Assembly (NCBI GenBank): GCA_965112155.1
Contig: OZ218099.1
Source: Podarcis liolepis
Lineage: Eukaryota
Reading direction: 5' to 3' (one strand)
Length of the DNA: 64,000 bases
In this document: positions 1-13,162 of the stretch, in pieces
Position numbering within the stretch: the stretch's first letter is position 1
Layout: the number at the start of each line of letters is the position of its first letter
Position numbers and translations under genes: made by a program
The notes under the pieces: model-generated
What the model was told of the DNA's origin: nothing
What the model saw: the letters and a program-made list of their open reading frames with translations, nothing else
Database searches by the model: none

Positions 1-95
1 TGTAAAAACACGCTGATTCCCGGACCATCTGCGGGCCAGATTGAGAAGGCGATTGGGCCGGATCTGGCCCATGGGCCTTAGGTTGCCTACCCCTG
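1..95. mobile_element. End of a hAT-Charlie-like non-autonomous DNA transposon (cut by window edge)
   Basis: Ends GGCCCATGGGCCTTAGGTTGCCTACCCCTG, the near reverse complement of the left end of the 11848 element. Confidence 0.7.
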
Positions 96-769
96 CTCTT
101 GATCCACCCAAGGCAAGGGAATCTGGCTGAGCAGCCTGAAAACTGGGTAGAGCACGCTGGCCTGAATGAAAAACTCCATAGCTCACCTCTAGCTATGAAG
201 GTCTTCTGGCTACTGGTGTCTCGGGTCACCTGAGCTGGATCTAGACACATCAAAGAAGTGTTTCAGGGAAACGCATTGTAAACTTTGTATGGGAAATCAC
301 GTTGGCAAGAACAGAACTCCACATCACCATCTGGTGTCACAGTATTATAATGCATATACAACACATATAAAACACTTTTTCTTTGCCAATCTAGCTGAGT
401 CCCTGCATGGAGCAAAGATGAATTCCAGCAGCCTATGTAGAAGGCATGGGAATAATTATATTGGCTTTACAGATAGATAACTGGTTCAGAGCCAGTGTTG
501 TTTCCACAAATGGGAGGGTTCCTTCCATCTATTGCTACACTGTACGGTTTTCAGGAGAGCACAGGAAATTACAGTGAAGGCGGGTGGGAAATGATAAAAA
601 AAATTCCTCTCCCCTTTTTTGTTCAGTTGAAATCTCCCATGAGCCAAATTCTGCTTACAAAGACTGAGGACCCAAGCTAATATCTTGCATCTCGTTTGTT
701 TATAGCGTAATTGTTTCCTTGCACTCAGGTGGGCAGCCAGACATTTGCTGGGCTTGGATTTATATATTA

Positions 770-938
770 CTGTATTTTTCGCTCTATAACACACACCTGA
801 CCATAACACACACATAGTTTTTAGAGGAGGAAAATCCGTAGGCATGCCACCTGTAGGCATTCCCTCCGTAACACGCACAGACATTTCCCCTTACTTTTTA
901 GGAGGGAAAAAGTGAGTGTTATTGTGCAAAAAATACGG
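770..938. mobile_element. pogo/Tc2-like MITE, short member of the CCGTATTTTT-TIR family
   Basis: TA/CTGTATTTTTCGC ... GCAAAAAATACGG/TA; subterminal layout matches the 13163 and 27948 elements. Confidence 0.8.
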
Positions 939-3252
939 TACTTTATTCATTAATAAAAGGCCAGGAAACGTGTCTGCTCACTGAGTTCAGGCAACACACA
1001 CTCTCCTTGAGCACGATGGGGCCAGCTCCAAAGCCTCCAGGCAGGCAGCATGATTAATGTCTTCAAGGTGACTTCCTAGGCTTTCATCAACATCACCTGC
1101 CTGAAGTTCAAGGTGGCCATCCAAGCTGCCTCTCGTTTCCAGCTCTAGGCAGATCCTGCAGAGACTAGTTGGACTGTCTCCCTTGAAGTCGTTTCTCTTG
1201 TGAGGGAAAGCAAGCTCAGAGAATCAGCAGCATTTTCATGATCTGCTTTGTGTTGCATGTTTCTACATGCGTATCAGATATTTATCATGAGCAAATGAAA
1301 GAAGGGTTCTTTTATATACCCGTATCTTTTCTTCTCTCTGTGAGACAAAACCTTAGGTATCTCTGAATTCTCCTGCTTGGGGTTTGGATAGTGTTGTAAT
1401 CTATTCTAGCTATTTACATTCCATTCACAGAATTAATGTTCTGGGCTTGGATCACTGTCAGATTTCAGTGGGTATGGCAGGATATTATGGCCTCATTCTT
1501 CTCCAAAGCATCCTCTGAGATGAATAATTGAGCTATTCCCATCACATTTTCAGATGGTGAAACTGTGCAATTATTTAGTGAGCTTGCTGGCTCCAACTGA
1601 ACATTATCGATCTAGTCAAATAAAGAGTATCCATTATTATTTTTTATCTTATCTGAAACGTAACTGAAATAGTAAGTTTTGTAAAAGCAAAAAATATATA
1701 AATTGTCCTGAAGGTAAAAAAATAGAGGTTTTTCTGCATCAATCAGTGCTTTAATGTGGGAAATTTATGGCATAAATTGTACTACAATGTAACATAACAT
1801 CCTGATTTCGTGCAGTAACAATAGGTTGTGTCCAGTGCTGTCCATCTGTTCACAGAAGGCTCTTTACTGCAATAGAAGCTGTGTGCCACGATGTGAAAGT
1901 ATTTGAATGTTTTTATGTGGTCTTAAATGTTTTAGATGGATATAATTGTTCAAAATATGATTTATTTTATTTTAAGTCGTATTTGTTTAACATTTTGATC
2001 TTTGCTGCCCTGGGCTCCTTTGAGAGGGAAGGCATACAAGCAATCAATGCTTATTTTTGCTGCTTATTTAACTGCAAGCTGAACACTTGGGTCTTCAGTA
2101 CAGGGGGAATGTTAAGTTCTCCCACAGCTTTCCCAGGATAACTTAAAGACCATGTGCTCACAGAAAAGGGCAGCAGAGGATTTGTCAAGGTCAGGGAGCT
2201 TGTACTATCAACTATCGGAAAGACTCAAAATGGCCTGAGATGATTCTGCTGTTTCATTGTTTTGCCTTCTGCCTTTTAAATGTTTTTTGGCTTTAAATTT
2301 CAAACCACTCTGAGTGCCATAGCACTCAAGGCAGTATATAAATGAAGTAAGTGAGCAAGCAAGCAAGCAAGCAAGTAGATAATGCATATTTTCTAGGCTC
2401 CAGAGTCATTATTGGATATGTACATTATGCCTATGGCAAAACAGAAGTTCTGCGTAATTAACCCATAATCATTTTTGCTAATCAGATGCATTAGCAAAAT
2501 TAGTTCACGTCAGTTATGATGAACTGATGTCCTTACTTGATATTCCTTGCTTTCACAGAAACGTATTTGCAAAGACTGATATTATTTACTGATACTACAG
2601 AATGAAAGCCACAGAAAAGGGACTAAAGCATATGTGCATATTTCACTTGACTAATTAACGTCTTGTACATTGACCAGTTAGAGACCTGGAATGATCCCTC
2701 AACAATGGCCTTTAAACAGTCAGAATCAGTAGAATATTTTCCCTCTTTTTTGCATGATCGACCTGACAGGATTCTCCAAGCATCATAAGGAAATGAATGT
2801 TGGTTCCTATGTAAATAACTGAGGAAAATACAGGGTCACCCGACCCAACTTGGTGCGCTCCATATACTTTGGATCACAACTCCCATCATCCTTGATCATT
2901 GGCCATGCTATCTAGAGCTGATGGGAACTGCAGTGTAAAACATATGGGGGGGCGCAGATTGAGGAAGGGTGATGTTGTAAGGTCAACAGTAAGTTTGCCA
3001 CATTTGTACCATTGTTCAAACAGGCTCCTTAGCAGTGGGGCTATACTCGCAGTAAGATGCTGCAATTTTACACCATCGTGACGACTAATGGGGATTCTAT
3101 AAAGGGAATTATATTAAGGGACTGTTTCTTACATCTCTACATTTGCACATTCTTGGTGGTTGCCAACTACTGCAAACTTCCTCTGGTCACTCAAAATCCA
3201 AGGGAAGAAACGTTTTGTTATGCCAACTAATAGCAGGATGGCATATTCATTT

Positions 3253-3253
<1 letters not shown>

Positions 3254-3289
<36 letters not shown>
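3254..3289. repeat. (GTT)n/(GCT)n trinucleotide microsatellite
   Basis: Direct reading. Confidence 0.9.
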
Positions 3290-3549
3290 ACTGGAAGAGT
3301 AAAACATTTCATCGAGTTTTTATGTTTTTTTTTTTAAAAAAGGCAAACAGCTGGTGCCCTAAAACATATGATGACAAAATTAGAAATAGCTGCCTATGGT
3401 GTTGCTCTTAATCTTTGTGTGTATCTTAAAATAAAGTGTAGGTAGTCATTAGCTAATTCAATATTTCCTGAACTGCTGTGAATCTTTTGAGCTGTTTTTC
3501 TTCTTCTCACAAGTGGGTTGAATACACAGGTACTCCTTAATAAAAGCCA

Positions 3550-4505
3550 GTCACCTCACCTTGAAAAGGATATTGTAGGTTCAGAAAAGGGGATGGGAAT
3601 ACCTCCCTATGAGGAAAGGTTATAGTTTATTGGGGCTTTTTAGTTTAGAGAAAATGTGAGTAAGAGGTGACAGAAATGTATAAAACCAGGGATAGCATGA
3701 AGAGAGCGGACAGAGGAAAGTTTTTCTCTATCACTCCTATCACTAGAACATGTGGACATCCAGTGAAGCTGAGGGCTAGAAGATTGAGGACAGACAAAAG
3801 AAAATACTTCTTCACAGAGACCATTGTTAAACTATGGAACTCTCTCCCACAGGAGGCAGTGATGGCCACCACCTTGGATGGCTTTAAAAGAGTCTTAGAC
3901 AAATTCATGGAGGATAAAGCTATCAATTGCTATACACAGTCAAAGGCAGTATGTTTCTGACTACCACTAGCTGGACACTGCAGGAGGGGAGATTACTCTT
4001 ATGCTCACATCTTGTTTATGGGCTTCCCATAGGGCATCTGGTTAGCTACTGTGAGAACAGAAAAAGGTAAAAGACTCCTGGATGGTTAAGTCCAGTCAAA
4101 GGCGACTATAGGGTTGCGGCCGTCATCTCGCTTTCAGGCCGAGGGAGCCAGTGTTTGTCCACAGACAGCTTTCTAGGTCATGTGGCCAGCATGACTAAAC
4201 CGCTTCTGGTGCAATGGAACACCATGACGGAAGCCAGAGCTTACAGAAACGCCGTACCTTCCTGCCACAGCGATACCTTATATATCTACTCGCACTGGCA
4301 TGCTTTCAAACTGCTAGGTTGGCAGAAGCTGGGACAGAGCAATGGGAGCTCACTCCATTGTGGGAATTCGAACCGCTGACCTTCTGATCGGCAAGCCCAA
4401 GAGGCTCAGTGGTTTAGACCACAGCATCACCCCCATGTGAGAACAGAATCCTGCACTAGATAGGTCTTTGGTCTGACCCAGCAGGGCTCCTCTTATGGTG
4501 TTAAG
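3550..4505 (+). mobile_element. CR1 LINE 3' fragment (interrupted by a Sauria SINE)
   Basis: ORF2 C-terminal-like text RTCGHPVKL...RTDKRKYFFTETIVKLWNSLPQEAVMATTLDGFKRVLDKFMED, followed by CR1 3' UTR. Confidence 0.85.
4063..4435 (-). mobile_element. Sauria SINE
   Basis: Reverse-strand tRNA-like head and ACCTTT tail; 13-bp TSD TGTGAGAACAGAA (4050-4062, 4436-4448). Confidence 0.9.
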
Positions 4506-5165
4506 TCTGGTTAAAATGAATAATATGGAGTTGATCAAATTAAAAAATAAAATGCCAATACATGAAAGGAAACAAAAAACATAATTTAGGTCCAGGAAAA
4601 AAATATGTTTTTTATTACCGTAGCTTTTGGAATAGCGAGCCTGTACATTTGGAAAGACTAAATATATGTTCCTCTAATAGATTACAGCACAACAACAACA
4701 AATGGTTGGTTGGTACAATAATTATTTCAGATATACAGTATGTAGCTCTGTAGTGGCAGTGGAAAGAAGAGAGAAGACGTATGAAAAATGGGCCATTCAG
4801 CTGGCTGTGCTTACTTTCCTAGACTTTTCAAGCAATTCTGCATGGTAGCACACTGAGCACTGTGTCCTATATGTGCTCAGCCTAGGAGGGGAAAGTGAAA
4901 GAAATTACTTGGGAAAGAATTAAATGCCACAAAAATGGCAGCCATGCCCTCAGAATCCTTAGTAATGCCACCAATTAGGAGTTGCGTGGCTATGACTCCC
5001 ACATGCCATCCACACACAGAGGGAGACAATGAGTCCCCAATGACAGGGACACCCACCAGAACACACATGATAACGCTGTTGTACCCCCCTTTCCATGATC
5101 TCCTGTGCACAAGCACCGGCAACCCCACTGCTGTGAGTCTTCAGGCAAGGGTTGAGTCCTTTGAA

Positions 5166-5285
5166 CAGGCATCCCCAAACTCAGCCCTCCAGATGTTTTG
5201 GGACTACAATTCCCATCATCCCTGACTACTGGTCCTGTTAGCTAGGGATGATGGGAGTTGTAGTCCCAAACCAGCTGAAGGTCCA
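5166..5285. mobile_element. Palindromic squamate MITE (GACTACAA-TCCCATCATCCC family); decayed copies near 2830-2970, 20548-20670, 22820-22960 and 57930-58010
   Basis: Internal hairpin TTTGGGACTACAATTCCCATCATCCCT ... AGGGATGATGGGAGTTGTAGTCCCAAA. Confidence 0.7.
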
Positions 5286-6592
5286 AGAAGAACACAACTC
5301 AGATGATGGGACACGCTTCATAGGGCTACATCTCTCCAGCGCCATGTTGTGTGTGTTACAGCATCACTAGCTACCAGCTTATTTTCAGGCGCAATTGTGA
5401 TTACTAGAAGATGTACAACCAATGTTGTGGACAGGTGGAACAGACGTCCTCTTTGCTGAGCTTCTAGTGCATGATTGAGACTTTCTTGTTCCTGCAGGCA
5501 TTCAAAGGTAATGTTTGGCTTTATGACAATTTTAAAAATCATTTTATTGTCCCATTTTCTGTGGATTTTTTTTTTAAAAAGTTTGCTTAGAAATGTGAAT
5601 ACTTAAGTGTTATATAAATGTATTAAATACATAAGGAAATGCTGGTTAGGACCTACAAAGCCCAAAGAGTTTGGGGTTATGTTACCTGATGGACTGCCTT
5701 CTTCCATACAAGCCTGTCCAAGTTATGAAACTTCCCAGTTGCTTCTCTCAGTCCCACCCATAGCAGAGGCAGATTTGACAAAAACACAAGAAAGGGCCTT
5801 GTAAAAGGCTGCACCCACTGAATTTCAGAACTCAGACTCTATAGGGCCCCTCTATTTATTTATTTTTAACCCTCAGGCAGGCCTATCCCAAGGGCTCAAC
5901 AGTGTATAGAAACTATTTAAAAACAACAGAAGAATTTAAAACGGGGGAAAAACACTATAGATTTACATGTAGCCACTTTGCATATGGGCAGCTATGGCAA
6001 ACTTAACCTACCTTTGTGTGAAAATAGAAAGAAAATAAAGTTCTACTACAATATTTAAAAATAAAATCACCTCAATTTAATTAGAAAAGGGGAATAGAGA
6101 ACAGGAAAAGGTAAAGCACAAGAAATTATGTTTCCTTTATGAAAAAGAGGTTGCCATAAGGACAGTTGTAATAAGAAATTCATCAGTACTTGGGGAAAGA
6201 ACACAATGATACCTAATAAAAATATATACTTCTCTCTCTCTTACTATCTGTTGGCTGCTAACATCATGTAGCATTTAAGTGGCTTTTTAAAAAAGAACAA
6301 GGAGATTCATCAACAGCATCTTTATTACGACCACAGACCAACATAAGTTAAAATAGAAACACACAGTAATTTAGGAAATAAAACAGATAAAAGGAGTGAC
6401 TCAGAGAAGGGGGGATGCATGAGGGAAACTTCTTAGAGAGTTAAGAGCAAGCAATTGCAAAAGTAACTACAGAAGGGAGGGTGCAAGAGAGGGCACAGGT
6501 CTGGCGTATGAGCCTTCAGTTTAAGTCTGGTGCATGACCCAAAGCATTCTTCCCCGAATGTCCATCATAGCAGCACAAAATCTGGCTGCCGA

Positions 6593-6641
<49 letters not shown>

Positions 6642-6993
6642 TTATTATTTATATCCCGCCCATCTGGCTGGGCCTCCCCAGCCACTCTGGGCGGCTTCCA
6701 TAAAAACCAAAAATACAGTAAAATATCACACGTTAAAAACTTCCCTGAACAGGGCTGCCTTAAGATGTCTTCTGAATGTCAGGTAGTTGTTTATCGCTTT
6801 GACATCTGCTGGAAGGGCGTTCCACAGGGCGGGCGCCACTACCGAGAAGGCCCTCTGCCTGGTTCCCTGTAGCTTTGCTTCTCGCAATGAGGGAACTGCC
6901 AGAAGGCCCTCGGCGCTGGACCTCAGCGTCCGGGCAGAATGATAGGGGTGGAGACGCTCCTTCAGGTATACTGGACCGAGGCCGTTTAGGGCT
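6593..6993 (-). mobile_element. L2-clade LINE 3' end with (TTA)n tail
   Basis: Minus strand encodes ...[41 protein letters not shown]...; (AAT)n at 6593-6640. Confidence 0.8.
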
Positions 6994-8627
6994 ATGTTAT
7001 GTCTAGGTTTCCATCTTGAATTAGCAAGGAGGTATAGTGTTGCTCTGTCTATCCAGGGAATTCGTGTAGCTGACTGTAACTAAAACTATTGTAAAAATAG
7101 TTTGATGATAATTAATAATAAATATTCTTCTTATTAAGAAGTTTATTGTACAGGAACAACCTTTATCGAGCAATACACTAGTCTGCAACACTTTGGGTAA
7201 GAAAGTAGATATAAGATTCACTGGGTACATTTAGAAACCATGTATATTTTACTAAGAAGTTAAATATCAGGCTAAATAATAATTGTCAGGAATATTTTGC
7301 CCTGCATATCGTTCATCCATCCTACATGCTGAACAGGTGTGTCAATGCCAACCACAATAAGAAGCAAGTACATTGAAGACAGGCTGTTCCGGTTAAATTT
7401 TTCAATAGTCATTTTAGCTGACGAATGAAAGCCCAGGAAAGTGCTTTGACTGATTTTTTAAAAAATTCAATATTCCTAAAACTTTTTGTAAGCTTATGTA
7501 TATAGGAAATAAACAGAAATCTAGATACTTGTCCCACTTCCTCTTCACTTTCTTGTGTGACATACCACCACATAATCCTATTTTACGCATGAAAACTACA
7601 TGTGTATACACAGGTGCACATGAAGGATACATATCCATTCTGTCAAGTGTGGAGATGTATGTGCAGAATTGTGGGAGAGTTGTTTTATCTATGTATGTAT
7701 GTATCTACCTACCTGCTTATCTATCTATATAAAAGCAACAGATTTTTCTCCAGCACTAGTGCGATTTGGAAGTAAATGTATATACACACACTTATGTTTG
7801 AGGAAGAGCAGATGGAATTCTAGAAATGCAGCTCCCGTTGAGAAGAGCATAGAGGGCAATGAAGCTGAAATGAACAAAGGACTTTAAAATTCCAGAATTT
7901 ATGTCTTCATTTTTCAGTATAAATATTCAAGAGTTTAGCTGCTTTAAAATATAACTGAATTTTGAATCATTTTATGTTTGAAGCATTTTAATGAGAAGGA
8001 TTTATTATTAATTTATTATTATTAATACTACTTATTCCTGATTTGGTAATTCTGAATAAAATATTTTTATAAAAGCCCACAATTGCTTATAGAAGTTCAC
8101 ATAACACAGCTTCTTTGGTGGCTTCTGACTGAATAGGACATAAGTTGTTAATTTTCCACTCTGTTATCGAAATAACCTTATCTGATTTCTGTGGAAGAAA
8201 TGATAAAAGTGTTGCCGTTACGAGTGGATTTACAGCTAGTTAATTCAGTTTTTTTCTTTTCTGTTTTCAAGAAATACATACTCCAGGAGTCTTGCAGAAT
8301 AATGTAGCCAAATGCATCACATTATGTCTACTATATATTTTAGGAAATGGTTTGTTCATTTGCTCTCTATAGGATTTGGCCTCCTCTGTAGTTATCATTG
8401 CCAAACTTAGCACGTTGGTTCCTGAGGTGGGGGCAACATGCTTTATTGCCATTTGGATGCTGACCACCATTTTGAATCAAGATGGCAGACCAAAATGTCA
8501 CTTTGGCATGACTTCACCTGTTTTTTGACATAGATTTGGCTGCCTCTTGAGATATCGCTGCCAAACTCGGCATCCGAGTTCCAAAAGCGGGGACAGTGGG
8601 CTTTACTGAGGCTTGGGTGCTGAGTAC

Positions 8628-8774
8628 CAGTGGCGTAGCGTGGGGGGTGCAGGGGGGGCCGGCTGCACCAGGCGCAACATCTGGGGGTTAGGGTTAGGGG
8701 GCGCAAATCCACAGGTTAGGGGGCGCAAATTACTTGCCTTGCCCCGGGTGCTGACAACCCACGCTACGCCACTG
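8628..8774. mobile_element. hAT MITE (TIR CAGTGGCGTAGCGTGGG) with TTAGGG repeats
   Basis: 17-bp TIRs; 8-bp TSD CTGAGTAC (8620-8627, 8775-8782). Confidence 0.92.
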
Positions 8775-10827
8775 CTGAGTACCATTTTGAATCAAGACAG
8801 TGGACCAAGACATGACTTTATTTTTGGTGTGAAGGATCAAAATTAACAAATTACACTATCATTTAAAAAAAAATCCAGTATTTTTTGGTTTTTAAGAATT
8901 CCTAGGTAATACCAGGCACACCCTGCTAGTATTCAACACGTTTAACTATAATCTGCCTAGTAGAAGTGCATTTTTAAACAATTCTATCAATATGCATAAA
9001 CTAGCCTTGTTTCATTTTACTCCTTAACTTTGAAATTGACTGTAACTGTAACCTTACAACCATTACCAGGCAGTAAGTTCTACTGAGTTCAATAGGACTT
9101 ACTTCTGAGTAGACATGCATAGGCTTGCTCTGTAAGATACATGAGAAAAATCTTATACTTGAAAGGAGAAGGAAGCTCCATAAATTGAGAAACCAAAATA
9201 CTGGAAGTTATGTTATTTTAATATTTATTAGCATGATATGAGAAGGTGGCAATGGTGTAAGTCTTCAAACCCATCTCCCAGATTGAAGAAGCAGACTTTA
9301 GAAAGCATTTTCAGAAATGGTAGTAGGAATGGAACTTCACATCGGTGTGTTTTGGCAAGCAGGGTTTTTTATTAGGATAAACAAACCATTTATACAGTGG
9401 ATCAGAATTTATCTGCAAATTGAGTGACCCAGCCTGAGTGACCCAGCTTAACAATCAAGTCAGCATGGACAACAGCCCAGATCTGTGCCCTTTCCTCTGA
9501 TGCTGGAGGACCAAGCTCCCCTTATAGCCCTTAATTTGCATCTGGAACACATCCCAGTTCCTCCTCCAGTTATGAAAAGAATATTGCCATCCTTCTCCCT
9601 AACTCACTACAGCTGCAGTCACATTCTGAAGCTGTGCTTTCCAGACTGTAAAAGCAGAGTAAGCATACTGCACCTACTAAACAAAAGCAATATAGTTTCC
9701 TTCTTCTTCCCAATGCTTAGGGAACTATTAGAGGGTACAATTGCTGGATAGATCAATTTAGCCATAGAATGGCTGTGAAAATGCTTTTTAAAAAAACGTT
9801 TTGAGAAATACATTGAATTTTGCATAGCTCAGTATCGCCATCTAGTGTCACATTTGTATATTGCCCTTTACAACACATTTAAAATGTTTTATTTGCAGCT
9901 GAATAGCTGGGTCCTGGACTTCTCTGGTAACAGGTTGGTTCAGTATGTTTATTCTGTAGTTTGCTGAAGTGGTTTGAAGTGTTTTACAGAAAAACTATCC
10001 AGCCACCTAAATTAGTTTTGACTCCTGCCAGAAACCTACATCCTCTAAAATTTAAACTTCTCCCACAGGCACTGCAGGGATCACAATCCCAAGTTCTGGG
10101 ATCACACTGAAATTGGGATCCCTGCAGGTATCACAATCACAATGGCTAATTGCTATCCTCGGGAGTGAAGACAAATCTGCTAAATTCAGCTGCTGGAGGG
10201 ATTGACCTTGTGGGCTGAAGGAAAAAATGGTTCAACTTTGGAATCATAAAATGTACACTTTTCATTAGTGTCAAATTTCACTTGCTACTAAAAGTTAAAA
10301 AGTTCCTGGTCAACTAACCTGAGGCCTTGGTTGAGGTAGAGGTACAAAAATTCCTGCATAAATAACTATTCACAGTTGTATATGTACGCAGAACAACTTC
10401 AGTTGCCAGACATAGGTACCGTATTTTGATTCTGATGCTCTTAAATAATTGAGATTTATACCCATGCTAATAAATGAGGTTCAGTAATATATTGTGGACA
10501 CACATTTATTAGCCAGTACTTGGTCTTAACCTTTTTTTAACTGTAGGAAAAATATAATTCTTCAGTATAGATTAATATACCTAAGACTAACACATAATTA
10601 TTCTCTTAATTATTTACCCAGGTGCTGGATTTTCAGTTATCTGAACTGACAAGTGATACTGTAACCACAAACTCGCCTTCTGAAATTTTACAAAGAAAAT
10701 ATAGATTGTATCAGGATAAGAAATGGTTTGTGGATACCATGCTGCAATTAACCTCTGTACTATGCTTGTTTGCTCATTCAGAATATTTTTATATACTTTG
10801 CTGCCTTGTAGTGTTCGAGGTTCCTTA

Positions 10828-10971
10828 CACAGGCATAGTCAGGATTTATGTTTGGGCGAGGGGGCAGAACAGAGCTATCCGCCATGCAATTGGTTAGTTA
10901 ATTAAGTATTTTTATGTACTTACTTGATTGGGGGGGGGCTGCCCCCTCTGCCCCCCTTGGCTATGCCTGTG
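10828..10971. mobile_element. hAT MITE
   Basis: TIR CACAGGCATAG; 8-bp TSD GTTCCTTA (10820-10827, 10972-10979). Confidence 0.85.
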
Positions 10972-11847
10972 GTTCCTTACAAAAATTGCCTGCATGTTGC
11001 AGGAGACGATGGTATAGAGGCAAATCAATATATTATTTCATCACTTTAATAAAAAGGTCTGTTTTAAAAATATATTTATTTATTTGTCACAAACATTACT
11101 TAGGCAAAAGGGCACCTTCCCTCTCTGTTTCCTAGCTCTGAGTGAGCATTTTTGGTGAAGATATCAAGTAAGAAGATATGATGTAACAGAGAACTGTGGT
11201 TTAAAAGAAACCATACTAAAATCAGGATGAAAGGAAGGGGCAAGGGGGAGCACATGGATAGTTTCCAGTTGAATAAACGTTATATTTTGTCAGAGTTCCT
11301 GAGATCCTTTAATACAAAATTAGGCTGTGTACACACCATACATTTAAAGCACATCCCCTCCGAAGAATCCTAGGAACTGTAGCCTGATAAGCGTGCTGGG
11401 CATTATAGCTTTGTGAGGGATAATTCTGGGGTGGGTGTGTACTTGAAATGTGCTTTAAATACACGATGTGTGTGCAACCTTGTTTTTGTATTCCATTATC
11501 TCAGTCTTCAAGATACTTATCTAGGGTATATTCATTCTCCTTTGAAAACGAGTATAACTATTAGGCTGCCATGTGAACTTAAATCATTTTGTTTGAATCA
11601 CCAATATCATTTGTAATGTAAGATCGTTTAGCTATAATTTATTACATTTTTAACCCACCCTCCCTCCAAATTCAGAGTGGCCTACATTGTTTTCTGCCCC
11701 ACCACATACGCATACATTTTATCTTCCGAACTACCCCATGGAGCTAGTTAAGCTGAGAGATAGTGATTGGCCCAAGGTCACTATGAGCTTCATGGCTGAG
11801 TGGGGATCTGAACCTGGGTCATCCTAATCCAGCATTAACCACTACAC

Positions 11848-12177
11848 CAGGGGTCGGCAACCTAAGGCCCATGGGCCACAAGCAGCCCATGGGGGTCGTT
11901 TAACTGGCCCATGGACCCCCGCTGCCCACTTGGTCGGCTCCCGTGCGCCACACTAAACCAGTGCGGAGCAGAGCAGGGACCGCCTTCCGTGACGCTGGCT
12001 GGCTTCCCATTGGCTGCAGGAAGCTCCTGCAGCCAATGGGAAGCCGCGCATGCCTCCTCCGTGTCAGAAGGAGCGCCGGAAATAGCATCTGCACATGCGT
12101 GCATGCGCAGTCCGGCCCACCACACCATCTGAGGGCCTGTGAACCGGCCCAAGCCACAAAAACTTTGCCGACCCTTG
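11848..12177. mobile_element. hAT-Charlie-like non-autonomous element inserted in a SINE
   Basis: CAGGGGTCGGCAA ... TTGCCGACCCTTG; 8-bp TSD CACTACAC (11840-11847, 12178-12185). Confidence 0.9.
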
Positions 12178-13059
12178 CACTACACCACTCCATCTCTCTG
12201 GTTTATGACATAATCCTCTGTTTGAAGTTCAAACATCAGCTTGAATCTGCTGTTTTGAAAGGGTAAAGGCGAAAATAAGTACAATACATCGCAATGTGAT
12301 TTCTGAAGCAAGGGCTCTTGGACACCATGCTTTTGACATTTCAATAGGCTCCACAAAGCACACTATCAATGTTATTTTTACTATAGAAACGATTAAACAG
12401 GCACACTTCCTGTTTCACTCAACACTACTATTGAAAAAACAGTTTTGAAAAAAATGAAAGATAATGGACACAGACACACCAGTTCTGCATAGTTTGAAAG
12501 GGCTTAATGTAGACTAAATATTGCAATTTGCAGTATTTTTAAGAAATGTAAAGTGAATGAAATATAAAAGACAGGTTAGGCCAAAAGAACAATGTTTTCC
12601 AATTTTGTTGCTTACTTGGTTCTGAAAATATCTACCACCAGACAGACACCCACCCACATCTCTCTCCCTCCCTCTGTCAGGAAAGAGGAAGTGAGACTTT
12701 GAATGACATAACTGCCAGTATTTTAAGGCCTAACAGCAGAATCCTATGCATGTTAACTTTGAAGTAAGTCCAGTTATTTCAATGGGGCTAACTTTGGGCC
12801 GATACATGCTGGTAGACTGGCATGCAACCTACTTGAGCTGTACAGTTGAATGTTTGACTCTTGCTGTTGAGTACAAGGATGTCCCAGAGGCAAAATACGC
12901 TTATTGTGTTCCTGGTTCAGCATCAATGCACTCCACTTGTCACTTTTTTCCAGAATGATGAGGAACCATTAGTGAGCACTGTTTGCATTTGGTCAGTCAA
13001 CCTACTACAAATCCATCTAACAGTTACCACAAATCCATCTAACAGTTACCACATTTTCT

Positions 13060-13162
13060 AGGTTCTGCACAAGAGTATAATGAGGGGTTATGTCAAAAGC
13101 CTTACTGAAATCAAGATGTACTGCTGCCACAGCATTCCTTTGATCCATCGAGCTTGTAACTA
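13060..13162 (-). mobile_element. CR1 reverse-transcriptase fragment (host of the 13163 MITE)
   Basis: Minus strand VTSSMDQRNAVAAVHLDFSKAFD (LDFSKAFD RT motif); the adjoining IFFD codons lie on the other side of the MITE (~14007-14019). Confidence 0.7.

Noticed and set aside
985-1225. ~76-codon stop-free stretch on the minus strand (possible exon of a neighbouring gene such as RFT1)
   Set aside because: No convincing splice sites and no recognisable similarity to RFT1 or another protein; I found no neighbouring-gene exons in 1-16 kb.
3160-3411. Poly-Cys / poly-Ala ORFs, and poly-Asn ORFs at 6534 and 45899
   Set aside because: Translations of trinucleotide microsatellites or LINE tails.
13007-13051. 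22-bp tandem duplication (also a 14-bp one at 9421-9447)
   Set aside because: Ordinary slippage duplications with no further structure.
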